DNA of 64,000 nt from Candidatus Eremiobacteria bacterium (GTDB lineage Bacteria; Vulcanimicrobiota; Vulcanimicrobiia; Vulcanimicrobiales; Vulcanimicrobiaceae), in contig CAVWUU010000004.1 of the NCBI GenBank assembly GCA_963758295.1, positions 32,001 through 96,000 on the forward strand. Direction: 5' to 3'. Numbering within the stretch: the first letter of the stretch is position 1; each line of letters opens with the position of its first letter. A model generated the notes under the pieces. It was not told the origin of the DNA and made no database searches. It saw only the letters and a list, made by a program, of their open reading frames with translations. A program made the position numbers and the translations under genes. Positions 46,251 to 57,456 of this stretch are shown here, piece by piece.

Positions 46251-47996
46251 ATGCGACGTAATCTTTCCGGGCCGAGCGCCCTGCTTGCCCTGACGCTACT
46301 GCTTTCCGCGTGCGGTGGCGGCGGTGGCGGCGGAACGCCCGCCACGTCGCCCCCTTCGCCCACCGTTACGGCGACACCGGGCGGCGGCACCGGCGGAAGC
46401 GGCGGCACGGGCGCGGCATTCACCTGCCCTAACTCAGCGACTGACGCGTCGGTTGGTACGGCGCCGGGCGGCGAGGCGACGACGACGGCGTTCCGCAGAA
46501 CCGCGAAGATTACGCCGGCAATGTTGCAGGCGCGTAGCTCGCTACTCGCCGTTACCTACGCCGCTTCCAATTCCCAGGCGGCGAGCGCCATCGAAGGAAA
46601 GGCCCGAGGACTTGGGGCCCAACCGCTGCGCACGTTGACGTTCGACCGAACCAATCTCGCGACGCGCGCGATTGCGGTTAACGCGACGAATCGCGATAGC
46701 ATCGCCGCATCATTGCGGTCGACGCCCGGCGTTATCGGCGTTGCGCCGGTGCAGCGTCGCTTTGCGATGAAGACGAACGCGTACATCACGAGCGACCCAT
46801 TTTTCAAGGGCAACAACACTCCGCCGCTTTACGAGCAAGACGGCGTGACGCCGGGACAATGGGACATGCACGTCGAGCAGTTGGAACACGCTTTTGCGTA
46901 TAGTCAGAGCAGTAACGGCAGCACTTTAGGCGCCAACCCCAACGCGCTTGGTTCTACGACCGTGAAGCTTGCCGTGATCGATACGGGAATGGACGTCACG
47001 CAGAAGGATCTTGCCGACGCGCACGTCGTTCGCACGCAGTGCTTCCTCACCGACACAACCGGGAATCAAAGCACCTCGTCTTTCGTTGCGGATCCCGACG
47101 GTCATGGGACGGACGTCACCGGCATTGCGGCCGCAAAGGTGGGTAACTCGTACGGATTCGCCGGCGACGGCGGCAACGTTTCGCTTCTGCTTTACCGCGT
47201 ATTTCCTAAGCCCGATGCGAGTTGCGGCACGACGACCGCGAATCCGCCCGCGGAATGCACGGCGGACTCATTCGACATTGCGACCGCGATTAACGATGCG
47301 GTCACCAACGGCGCCAACGTCATCAATTTGAGTCTCGGCGGCAACGCTTGCGTCAGCGGCCAAGACCCTGATTCGACGGAAGGTGCCGCAATCGCGAACG
47401 CGATCGCGCACAACGTTATCGTTGTCGCGGCCTCGGGTAACGGTGCGCCGGGGACGACGCCTGTCGGCGCGCCCGCGTGCGATCCCGGCGTCATTGCTGC
47501 CGGCGCGAGCGCGTATAACGACGGTCAACCGAATGCAAGCGGCTTTACATCGGCGACGCGCAAGGAGTACGTGACAAGCTATACCGAGTATGGCAGCGTG
47601 AATTCGCTGCATAGCGCTTCGTCATGGGGCATCGTTGCGCCGGGCGGAGACGGAATCGGCGACTCCGATGCAAACGATAATTTGCACTGGATCGAGAACA
47701 TCTGGACATCAACGCCTTGGGGCACCGCCGATGCCGGCAACTGCGGCACCGATCCATTCGGCGGCGCCGCTGACTGCCGGATAGAGATTGCCGGCACGTC
47801 GATGTCGACGCCGCACGTCGCAGGCGCGGCGGCGCTGATTCTTTCGGTTAATGCTGCGTCGTATGGAACGCCGGCAAAGATGAAAGCGCTGCTGTGCAGC
47901 ACCGCCGACGACATCGGCGATGCGCATCAAGGCTGCGGGCGGTTAAATATCTATCGGGCGATCGCTACCGCGCTGCACGATCCGACGTTGCCGTAG
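46251..47996 (+). CDS. Subtilisin-family (S8) lipoprotein protease
   Basis: Lipobox LSAC, poly-Gly/PT linker, VIDTG, HGTDVTG, AASGN, GTSMSTPHVAG; SD GGAGG. Confidence 0.92.
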   Translation: MRRNLSGPSALLALTLLLSACGGGGGGGTPATSPPSPTVTATPGGGTGGSGGTGAAFTCPNSATDASVGTAPGGEATTTAFRRTAKITPAMLQARSSLLAVTYAASNSQAASAIEGKARGLGAQPLRTLTFDRTNLATRAIAVNATNRDSIAASLRSTPGVIGVAPVQRRFAMKTNAYITSDPFFKGNNTPPLYEQDGVTPGQWDMHVEQLEHAFAYSQSSNGSTLGANPNALGSTTVKLAVIDTGMDVTQKDLADAHVVRTQCFLTDTTGNQSTSSFVADPDGHGTDVTGIAAAKVGNSYGFAGDGGNVSLLLYRVFPKPDASCGTTTANPPAECTADSFDIATAINDAVTNGANVINLSLGGNACVSGQDPDSTEGAAIANAIAHNVIVVAASGNGAPGTTPVGAPACDPGVIAAGASAYNDGQPNASGFTSATRKEYVTSYTEYGSVNSLHSASSWGIVAPGGDGIGDSDANDNLHWIENIWTSTPWGTADAGNCGTDPFGGAADCRIEIAGTSMSTPHVAGAAALILSVNAASYGTPAKMKALLCSTADDIGDAHQGCGRLNIYRAIATALHDPTLP

Positions 47997-49019
47997 TGTA
48001 GCCGATCGCCTCGAGCACGCGTTGGGTTTCGAGCGCCTCCTGAAATGTCGGGAGGTCGCTCGATCCCGTTTCAATCTGCTTCACAAATTCGTCGTAGAGT
48101 TCCATAAGCAGCGGCACGTTGGGGCTGATGCTTTCGAATTTTGAGTAAGGCGACGGCTTGCAGTCGAGCTCGTTTGTTTCTTCGTCGTCGATCGAGAAGA
48201 GCGTCATATCGGCAATCGTCGTGCCGCTCGCAACTGCGGTACGGTCTTCGCCATGGACGGCGAACGTAAATGACTCGATTGCGGCGGTGGCATCGCACGT
48301 GAGCCGGGCGACCAGACCGTCGCCGTAGTCCACCAGCGCAAATGCGCCGTCATCCACCGTGCTTTCGAACGCGCCGTGTTTATCGTGGCGTGTTCGGTTC
48401 GCCGTGCGAAGCAGGCCGATCGTTCGCTGCGGGGTTGCGTCCCACAGTCCAGGTGGCGCTGTCGATGATGTGGGACAATAACGCACCGGCCAGTCCGCCG
48501 CCCTTGTCTTTTTCGAACCACCAGCCGCGCGCGCGCGTGCCTTCGGCCCGAAGAAATTGCGAGAGGTGTGTTATTTCGATGTCCCGCAAAGGATCGAGAT
48601 GATGGTTCTCCACGAGCTGCTTCAAGGCGGCGCGTTGCGGGACGAACCGGAATTCGTGCGCCACGCCGCACGCCGTGCCGGCGCGCTCCGCCGCCGCGAC
48701 CATCTCTTGCGCTTGAGCGACGTTCAGCGCAAAAGGCTTCTCGCAGATGACGTGCTTCTTCACCTCGAGCGCTGCTAGGACGTCGTCGATGATGCGTGAA
48801 AGGCGGGGACGCGATTACTACCGCATCGAGCTCGCATCCGGCGAGCATTTCTTCGCACGATGTGAACGCGTGCGGAATCTTACGCTCGCGAGCTACTTCG
48901 GCGGCTGAGTTCGGCGAGGCAAGCGCCACCACGTCGAAACGCGGATGGGCGAGCAGTGCCGGCAGATGCGCTTTGACGCCGAAGCCGGCGCCGCTGATGC
49001 CGATGCGAAAAACGTTCAC
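47965..49019 (-). CDS. Gfo/Idh/MocA oxidoreductase (frameshifts about 48790 and 48430)
   Basis: IGISGAGFG...HLP, IASPP..H, HVICEKP, HEFRF, GGG.....SHIID. Confidence 0.88.
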
Positions 49020-50299
49020 AAAACCTCTTCCAGAATATCAAGCGCGCGATGGAGTTGCCGTTTGCTCACGACGAGCGGCGGAGTGATCGAAAGGACGTCG
49101 CCGGCCGGTCCGGCCTGCAACATGATGACGCCTTTGAGCAGCGCCCTCTTGACGGTGCGTTCCGCATGTTCGGCGTTGCGCAGTTGAAGGCCCCACATGA
49201 GTCCGCGCCCGCGTGCAGCCACGGCGTCCTTTCGCTGTTGCATCGACGCGAGGCGGCCGCCAAGCTCCTCGCCAAGCTCCCGGGCTCGTTGATAAGCTCC
49301 CGACTGTTGAAGTTCATCGATCGTGGCGAGGGCTGCGGCGCATCCCATCGGATTCCCGAGGTACGTGGACGTGTGGAGTGCTTCGCCGGCGGAGAGCGGC
49401 CACGCGTTCATGACCTCTTCACGAGCGACCGCCGCGCTAATCGGAAATCCCGCGCCCATCGCTTTGCCGATGCAAATGATGTCGGGCGTAACGCCTTCGT
49501 GCTCGCACGCAAACCAGTCACCGGTGCGTCCGAAGCCGGTATAGATCTCGTCGAAAATCAAAAGAATGCCGCGCTCGTCGCAAAACCGTCGCAAGCCCTC
49601 TAAGTAGCCGCGCGGCGGAACGACGCAGCCGCCCCGGCCCTGGATCGGCTCGATGATGACCGCCGCGATAGCTCGTCCGTCACCCACGCGCATGCGCAGC
49701 GTCGCAAGTGCCTGCTCTGCGTCGTCAACGCCGTCGCGCGGATAGTCCAAGAGCAAGGCCGCATCGGAAACCAACGGCGCGAACGGTTCGCTGAACTTTG
49801 GAATGCCGGAAACCGTGAGCGCGCCGAGCGAAAGGCCGTGATAGGCGCCGTTGTATGCGACGAACTTATGTTTCCCGTTGCAAGCACGGCCGTCTTGATC
49901 GCCGCTTCAACGGCTTCGGAGCCGGTCGTCGCGAGAAACGTCTTCGTCAAGCCGGCCGGCAGAATACCCGTGAGGCGTTGCAACAGTCGCGTTCGCACCT
50001 CGCTCGGATGAACGTCGCCCATGCCGTGCATTAACCGGCCGGCTTGTTCGGCGATGGCGGCGACGACGCGTTCGATTCGCGTGGCCTACGTTTGCGACCC
50101 CGAATGCCGACGTGAGATCGATATAGCGGTTCCCGTCTACGTCCACAATCGTAGAACCGGAAGCGGATTCCCAAAAGACCGGGAAATCTTCTGCGACGTA
50201 CGTGACGTTCCGCGATTCATATTGACGCAAAGGAGAGCGAAGCGCTGCGGTGCGCGCGCCCGGCACGTCGCCGTTAATTGACTCCAGTTCGTCGCTCAT
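49016..50299 (-). CDS. Class III PLP aminotransferase (GabT/ArgD-like; frameshifted)
   Basis: DVDGNRYID...FGV.NVGH, TGSEAVE, YHG, EPIQG.GG, DEIYTGFGRTG, GKAMG.G.P. Confidence 0.9.
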
Positions 50300-51516
50300 G
50301 ATTCTTTCGTGATCCATCGCACGAATTCGGCGATGCGCGGACGTCCGCCGTGCGTTTCACCAAGCGGCGGCCGCTGGAGCTCGCCGAAGCGCGTCAGGCG
50401 AGCGGCACCCATGTCGATCGCCATATTTACAATGTCCTCGCGCTCTGCGGCAATGGCTACCGCTTCGATTGGAAGACGATGCTGGCGCACATACGCGAGC
50501 GCATCGGCTGGACCATCGACTGCATGGATGACGAGCGTCCGCGGAAGAAAGGGCGGCGCTTCTTGGAGCGGTGCATCAAGCACCGCGAGATACGAGGCGC
50601 TTTCGTCGGAAAAGACGGCACCGGTTCCGGAGGCGGAGCGAAACGCCGCAAGGTTTCGGGTGCTCGCGATGCGCGCCGCCATGCCGGCCGTTCTCGCGCC
50701 GGCGGGAAATTCTACCGAAATGCGTTCGACTGCAGAGGCAACGGCTTCTGCGACGGCAGCCGGCTCGAGCGCGCCGCCGCGTTCAACGAACAACGCATGG
50801 AGCGAAAGACAGCCTTCGGTTTCGTAAAGCACGAGATCCCGCGCTGCACCGGCGGTTAAATCCTTTAGGTGGGCCGGGTTCAACGCCTCGCGACCCGCAT
50901 ACCCAATACTCGCCTTTGAACCGAACGGAATGAAACGTGTGGCGGGCCGGAGCGAGCTTTGCACTGCCGTCATGGTCTCGTCAGTGCCGAAAGCGACTAC
51001 GGCGTCGTAGTTGGAAAGGTCGACAGTGGGATCTCCGTGTGCCCAGACCGACGCGCGTGCCGCGTCACGAAACTCGTCCAACTCCTCGCCAAGAGACTCG
51101 AAGAAGGTTCGCACGAGATCGTCCTCACGATCTTTCACGACGACGTCGCACTTTGCGCAAAGCGCAAAAACGGCCGGAACGATCGCAACACCGATCGTAG
51201 TGCGGCTGGAAATTATGCACGCGCGCCCTAGCGGCGCCGCATGTGCGCGCAGCGTATCACCGCGCTCTACGAACCGGTCGAGCGCTTCGATCGTCCCAAG
51301 CTCGCTCTCGATCGTTTGAACCAGCGACGGCCGTGTGATGGAGAAGAAAAGTTGATCCAGCGCATACTCGACTACAGGCAGTGCGTACCCGGTGCGTTCG
51401 ACGATGCGGTCCAGCAAACGCACGCGCGGCGGAAAGTCCGCATCGCTCCAGCGCTCGGCGGCGTCGGCAATCGCCGCAACGATGCGCCGGGCCGGAACTC
51501 CGGCAAGAGCCGTCAT
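50296..51516 (-). CDS. luxC: LuxC-like acyl-thioester (acyl-CoA/acyl-protein) reductase
   Basis: ALDH-like; VVAFGTDET, FGSKAS, ARDLVLYETEGCLS with Cys at the LuxC catalytic position (cf. DQ.AC.S). Confidence 0.78.
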   Translation of the reverse strand: MTALAGVPARRIVAAIADAAERWSDADFPPRVRLLDRIVERTGYALPVVEYALDQLFFSITRPSLVQTIESELGTIEALDRFVERGDTLRAHAAPLGRACIISSRTTIGVAIVPAVFALCAKCDVVVKDREDDLVRTFFESLGEELDEFRDAARASVWAHGDPTVDLSNYDAVVAFGTDETMTAVQSSLRPATRFIPFGSKASIGYAGREALNPAHLKDLTAGAARDLVLYETEGCLSLHALFVERGGALEPAAVAEAVASAVERISVEFPAGARTAGMAARIASTRNLAAFRSASGTGAVFSDESASYLAVLDAPLQEAPPFLPRTLVIHAVDGPADALAYVRQHRLPIEAVAIAAEREDIVNMAIDMGAARLTRFGELQRPPLGETHGGRPRIAEFVRWITKES

Positions 51517-52609
51517 CGTCGCAATAACTCTTCGGCGTCGAGCGAGCAGCCTCGTAAAGACGCGCCTTGCTCCCGCCCGATGAGCACCAGACCATCGTCG
51601 AACTGTACGCCAAGGTCTTCGGTTTGGATGGCAACGCACGAGGAGCGGTTCGCAAGATCGACATGAACCAGCGCGCCGACCGTTCCGTTCGGAAGGCTTC
51701 GTCCATCCGCGCCGACGACGCGCGGACGCAGCCACGGTGGCGAGCCCTTATACCGGATTGCGCCATTGCGTTGCTGCGTGTCGTAATACTGTGACGTAAG
51801 TTCCGTCATGCCGTATTCGGCGGCGATGATGTCCTGCGGACAGGCAAAGCGTTCGCACAGCTCCGTGTAAAGGGCCGTTCGTTCTACGATGCGAGCCCGG
51901 CCCTTGAACCCGCCGGTTTCCATGATGCGCGAACCGGTGGGGAGCGCAATCGCCAAGTTCCGTTCGCGCAGCGCGTCCAACAGGTGGACGAGCGCAAACG
52001 CCGTCGATGCAATGCAGACCGGCTCATTTCGCGAGGCGGCATCTTGCGCGTCGGCGATGAACGCGTTACTGAAGATCTCGTCGTCTTGCACGAACCAGCC
52101 GGTATTGCCGTCGCCGCGCTTCGCCGAGACCATTGCCATCATGTACCCAAGCGATGACTGCGGGCGGTTCGCCGGATTTGGGACGAGATTCAAATAGCGA
52201 AGGCGCAAACCGTCGGAAAGCATGAAACGATCGAATCCCGCAAGCAATGCCGCATCGTATAATGCCGTCGTCTCCATGTAGTGCCGGCCCCCGACCCCCT
52301 GCGTCGTGCCGCTCGTTTCAAAGGAAAGTGCCGCATGCGAAACGTCGAACGTTGCGAGCTGCGCCTCCTTGTACGCGTCGGTGGGGACGGCCGGAATATC
52401 GTGCCAACTCTTGGGCAGCGACACCGCGGAATAGCCGAAGCTCCCGCGTAGCGCGAGTACGGTTCGTTGTACCGGATCTGATAGGCAAAGACTCGCAGCG
52501 CAAGATCTTCGAACTCGGCTTCTTCGAGCGCGCGGCCCGTGCGGTGCCATCGTTCGATGATTTGCAGGATCTCCGCGTCGAGCGCGCGCGACTCGGATGC
52601 GTAGGTCAC
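51513..52609 (-). CDS. luxE: LuxE-like acyl-protein synthetase (frameshift about 52445)
   Basis: F.YQ...N.PY..Y, IP.VP...K, FETSGTT, ETGGFKG, EYGMTELTSQ, DLAN..S...IQTEDLG, GR.....RGCSL. Confidence 0.88.
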
Positions 52610-53081
52610 CGGCGCCGGCTCGTGATGATTCCGGAGTTCAGCCCCGTCGTAGCAAGACCGCCGTTGAAGCGAGCGCTTTCGACTTTCATGCAACGGTCGA
52701 CGACCACGTCGAGCCCGGCCGCGTCGGCAAGGCGAATCGCCTCTTCGTTGATGACGCCGTACTGAAACCAGATGGCTTTAGCGCCGACGGCAATGGACTC
52801 TTGAACGAGCGGCACCACTTCGCTCGGCTTGCGGAACACGTCAACGATGTCCGGTGCTCCGCGTTCGGCCGCATAAGCCGTGAGTGACGGATACGCTGGG
52901 ATTGCCGTCGATAGCTGGAGATCGTCGGATTGATCGCCGCGATTTCGAAATGTCCTTGCGTTCGCAGATAAGAGAAAACCGTGTAACTCGGACGCAATGG
53001 ATTGTTCGAAGCGCCGACGATGGCGACAGCGTGCGATCGATCGAGCAGCGCGCGGCGTTGCGACGGCGTTTCAAGGATCAT
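52606..53081 (-). CDS. CoA-binding protein (YccU-like; frameshifted)
   Basis: VAIVGASNNP.RPS..V..YL, DIVDVFRKP, IWFQ.G, VVDRCMKVE. Confidence 0.88.
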
Positions 53082-54346
53082 GACGCACTCCCGACGGGCT
53101 CGCGCGGCTTGGGAGCGTTGCAGCGCGCTATCGAGATCCCACAGCAAATCGTCTACGTCTTCCAGCCCGACCGAAAGACGAACCGCTTCGGGCGCGACGC
53201 CGGCTTTGGTCATTTCATCGTCGTTCAAGCTGCGAATGCGTCGTGGAGGCGGGATGAATCACGAGCGACTTCGTGTCGCCGACGTTGGCGAGATGCGTCC
53301 ATAATTCGAGTGCGTCGATGAACCGGCGTCCGGCTTCGCGGCCGCCGCGAATGCCGAAGGTGAAAATCGAGCCAAGTTCCGGCGCACGAACCCAGGCGAC
53401 TTCGGGCCGCTGTTCGAGGTGTTCGGCGACGAGCGCGCGCGTTGCGCACGTGCGCGTCCATTCGTACCGGCAATGTTTCGAGACCCGAGCAATAGAAGCC
53501 AGGCGTCCATCGGCGACATCTGCGCGCCGACGTCGCGCAGCACTTCCGCGCGCGCACGCATCAGGAACGCGTACTCGCCGAAGGTTTCGGTGAAGATTTT
53601 CTGGTGATATCCGGGGCTGGGTTGGAGAGCAACGGAAACTTGCCGCTTCCCACATGGAAACTTGCCCGAGTCGATCAGCACGCCGCCGATCGTGGTGCCG
53701 TGGCCGCTGATGAATTTCGTAGCGGAATGTAAGACCAAGTCGGCGCCGCATTCGATCGGCCGGCAGAGAGTACGGTGATGCGAACGTGTTATCGACGACG
53801 AGCGGAATGTCGGCGTCGTGCGCGATCTCGCGCCAGTTCGGCGAGATCGGCAATGCGCGCCGGACGGATTGCCGATCGTCTCGGCAAAAAGCAACTTCGT
53901 ATTCGGCGTAATCGCTGGGGCGCAGCGCTTCGTGGTCGTCGACCGGCGCGAACGTCGTGCCGATCCCCATGCGCTTCATCGTGACCGTGAACTGCGTGAC
54001 CGTTCCGCCGTAGACGTTCTGCGAGCTGACAATATGATCGCCGGTTCTGCGCGAGCGCGAGTACCGCGCAGAGCTGCGCGGCGAGACCGCTCGAGAACGC
54101 TATCGCGCCGAGCCCGCCTTCCAAGCTCGCCATCCGCTCTTCGAAGGCCGCCACCGTCGGATTGCTGATGCGGCTGTAGATGTGGCCGTAGCTGCGCAAT
54201 TGGAACAGTTCCGCAGCCTGCTCGGTTGACCCAAAGACATAGGCAGCGGTTTGGTGGATCGGCATGACGCGCGAACCCGTCGTCGGGTCCGGCGGCGTCC
54301 CTGCATGTATTGCTCGCGTGGAAAATCCAAATGCTCGGTCCTGCAT
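53078..54346 (-). CDS. metY: O-acetylhomoserine sulfhydrylase (frameshifted)
   Basis: PIHQT..YVF, YSRISNPT, ETIGNP, VVDNTF, HSATKFI.GHG, HLANVGDTKSLVIHPASTTH, RLSVGLE. Confidence 0.92.
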
Positions 54347-54381
54347 GACTACGAGGGTTCTCCGCGATAAAGGTCCGCTTC

Positions 54382-55667
54382 ATGGGGATGACACTCACCG
54401 AGAAGATTCTTGCTCGCCACGCCGGCCTCGACCGCGTGGAACCGGGCCAGATCATTAACGCCAACGTCGATCTCGTTCTTGCCAACGAGCTTTCCGCTGC
54501 GGTCGCCATCGGCGTGATGCGCGGCATGAAAGGCGCGAGCAAAGTCTTCGACAAGGAGAAAATCGCGCTCGTCGAAGACCATTTCGTTCCTGCGAAGGAC
54601 GCGCAGTCGGCGAAGCTTGCGAAGTTGATGAAAGACTTCGCTGCCGAGCAGCAGATCAAACATTTCTTTGACGTCGGCCGCGGCGGCATCGAGCACGTCG
54701 TGCTTCCTGAAGAAGGGCTCGTCGCGCCGGGCGAAGTGATCGTCGGCGGCGACTCGCACACGTGCACGTACGGCGCGTTCGGCGCGTTTGCAACCGGAAT
54801 GGGATCCACCGACATCGCGGCAGCCTTCGTGCTTGGCGAAGTGTGGCTCAAGGTCCGCGGCACGATCAAAATCGTCTACACCGGCACGCTGGGCAACATG
54901 GTTTACGCCAAGGACGTGATGCTTCGCACCGTCGGCGAGCTGGGTATCGACGGCGCGACGTATCGCGCGATCGAGTATCACGGATCTACCGTGGACAATC
55001 TTTCGATTACGGGCCGCATCACGATGGCGAACATGGCCATCGAAGCGGGCGCGAAGAACGGCATTTTCCATGCCGACGAAAAGGCGATCGCGTTCGTAAA
55101 AGAACGCACCGACCGTCCGTTCATTCTCGAACGCGCCGATGCCGACGCGGTCGTACGAGCGGGTTCTGAAGATCGACGTCGATTCGCTGGAACCGCAAGT
55201 CGCTTGTCCCCATACGCCGGACAACGTCCATCCGATCTCGCAGGTCACGCGCGACGATATCGCGGTCGACCAAGTCTTCATCGGGTCGTGCACTAACGGC
55301 TACATCGAAGACCTTCGCGTCGTAGCGAAGATTCTCGAGGGAAAGAAGATCTCGTCGAACCTGCGGGTCATCGTCAATCCCGGCTCTCAGAAAGTCTGGA
55401 TGCAGGCGGCGCAAGAAGGCATTCTCACGACGCTCGCGGCCGCGGGCTGCGCCGTGAACACGCCCGGGTGCGGCGCGTGTTTCGGCGGACACATGGGCAC
55501 GCTCGGCGACGGCGAACGCGCGATCTCGACGACGAATCGCAACTACGTCGGGCCGCATGGGTTCCCCGAAATCCGAAGTGTATCTGGCTTCGCCGGCAAC
55601 GTGCGCCGCGTCGGCGCTCACCGGAAAAATCACCGATCCCCGCGTCATGGAGTTGGCAGGCGTCTAG
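54382..55667 (+). CDS. leuC: 3-isopropylmalate dehydratase/homoaconitase-family large subunit, short type (frameshifted)
   Basis: [50 protein letters not shown]. Confidence 0.88.
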
Positions 55668-55668
55668 C

Positions 55669-56179
55669 ATGGAATCGAAACTGCACGGATACGTGCACAA
55701 ATATGGAAAGAACGTCGACACCGACGTCATCATTCCGGGCAAATATTGCAACATCATCGATCCCGCCGAGCTCGGAAAACACGCGCTCGAAGGCATCGAC
55801 CCCGAATACACGGCGCGAATGAAAGCCGGCGACATCATCGTCGCCGACACGAATTTCGGTTGCGGTTCGAGCCGCGAAGTCGCGCCGATTGCGATCAAGG
55901 GCTCCGGCACTTCGGCCGTTATCGCTAAAAGCTTCGCGCGTATTTTCTATCGCAATGCGCTGAACATCGGGCTGCCGATCTTCGAATCCGCTGAAGCCGT
56001 CGACGGCATCGAATCGGGCGACGAAATTGAACTCGAACCCGAAACCGGCGTCATTCGCAACCTCACCAAAGGGACGCAATATCAAAGCGGCGGAGTTTCC
56101 GCCGTTCATGCGCCAGCTCATCGATGCCGGCGGCCTCGTGCCTTACGTTGAACGCCGCTTAGCAGAAGCCAACCCATAA
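55669..56179 (+). CDS. leuD: Dehydratase small subunit (frameshift about 56090)
   Basis: NVDTDVIIPGKY, NFGCGSSRE.AP, SFARIFYRN..NIGLP, GGL. Confidence 0.88.
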
Positions 56180-56191
56180 GTACGCCTTGGC

Positions 56192-56231
56192 AAAAAAAGA
56201 AAGAGGCGCGCAGATTGCGCGCCTCTTTTCT
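56192..56231. terminator. Bidirectional intrinsic terminator
   Basis: AAGAGGCGCGCA-GAT-TGCGCGCCTCTT flanked by A- and T-tracts, between convergent genes. Confidence 0.88.
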
Positions 56232-56251
56232 ATAAAGCGTTAGCCGATCTG

Positions 56252-56896
56252 TTAGCGCGGTGGGCCGTAGCCGCCGCCGCCCATACCACCCGGTTGCGGG
56301 TTGACGTTGTCGAACCACTTTTCTTTGGGCCTGTAAGCAGCGGTAAACGGTACGCGCTCTTTCGTATCGGTCAACATGCCGAGCATGTCGGTGGTGCCGT
56401 CGATTTTGCCCTCGAGAAGAATCGTCGATCCGTCGGGCATAGAAACCACCATGCGAACATCCGTGCCGTCGAGCGATCCCGCGAGTGGATATTTCTTCCC
56501 CGAACCGTCGAGATAGGTTCCCGTTAGCGCGCTGCCGCTTTGCTTAAGCTGGAAGTGTTCGTACGCGGTATTGGCGCCGCGTTGAATCTGCAGTTCCCAC
56601 ACTCCCTCGATGCCTTTGCGGTCGTCGGGCGGCGGGCTCGGCGTTCCCGAACCTTTGGGTGCCGGAGTAGATTTGGCGCCGTTGCTTTTCATTAAATCGT
56701 CAAGCGCGGCGTTCGGCGTCGGTGTGGCCGCGGCAGGCCCGGTATTACTCACGGGCTGATTCGTGGGGGCTTGCACCGGCGCGGCAGGCGCGTTGAGCGG
56801 AGGCGGCGTGGGAAGCGGCGTCGGGCTCGGGGACGGGCTGGGCGTCGCCGCCAGCAGCGCGGCTGCTCCGGCGAGAACGAGGATCGGCTTATTCAC
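56252..56896 (-). CDS. Secreted Pro-rich protein with small beta-rich C-terminal domain
   Basis: Signal-like N-terminus, PSPSPTP linker, GVW..., LKQSGSALTG. Confidence 0.7.
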   Translation of the reverse strand: MNKPILVLAGAAALLAATPSPSPSPTPLPTPPPLNAPAAPVQAPTNQPVSNTGPAAATPTPNAALDDLMKSNGAKSTPAPKGSGTPSPPPDDRKGIEGVWELQIQRGANTAYEHFQLKQSGSALTGTYLDGSGKKYPLAGSLDGTDVRMVVSMPDGSTILLEGKIDGTTDMLGMLTDTKERVPFTAAYRPKEKWFDNVNPQPGGMGGGGYGPPR

Positions 56897-56913
56897 GGTC
56901 GATGGCTTTCGCT

Positions 56914-57456
56914 TTAGGGACTTGGGCTCATGCTAGGTTCGGGACTCTCGGCGGCCGCCCCCGCGGACGGCGTCTCTACCGGGACGCGGTGCGGCTCGAT
57001 CGGCAAGCGAATTCTATTCGGCGCAGCTCCAACGGCCGCAGCTTGCTGGATCCGTTGCACGTCGTGGGCAAGCATTGCAACCGAGCTCGAGAGCGGCGGG
57101 CACTGCAGATCGGTAGACGTGTAGTTGTGCCACGTCACGGTCGTCGTCGTTCCGAACGATGCGCTTTTCATACAATGCTGCAACGTGCCGGGATCTTCGC
57201 GCGCCGCTTTCGCGTCGCTCATAAATTTCTCGGCAAGCGCGGCATCGACGGTAAACGCTTTTTCCGGGCGGCCCGTCACGGCTACGGCGCCGCTGCCGTC
57301 GGAGTGCAGCTTGATCGTGTACCCTGCCGTATTCGTCGATCCCGACGTCGTGATGGAGGCCCCGTCGAGGGCGGCCGCCGATGCCGGCGACGACGACGCC
57401 GCGAATATGAGGACTGCGGTCACCGGCGCGAGTACCGAGCGGTTGTATTGCTTCAT
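56914..57456 (-). CDS. Secreted hypothetical protein
   Basis: SD GGAG, signal peptide, SGSTNTAGY, CMKSASFGT..DLQC. Confidence 0.7.
   Translation of the reverse strand: MKQYNRSVLAPVTAVLIFAASSSPASAAALDGASITTSGSTNTAGYTIKLHSDGSGAVAVTGRPEKAFTVDAALAEKFMSDAKAAREDPGTLQHCMKSASFGTTTTVTWHNYTSTDLQCPPLSSSVAMLAHDVQRIQQAAAVGAAPNRIRLPIEPHRVPVETPSAGAAAESPEPSMSPSP

Noticed and set aside
50296..52609. Bioluminescence operon
   Set aside because: No luxA/luxB/luxD in the window; neighbours are metabolic genes
52686..53228. MetY/CoA-binding protein fusion
   Set aside because: It lies in a high-indel zone and an ATGA overlap with SD GGAG exists at 53078-53081; separate genes are more likely, though a fusion is not excluded
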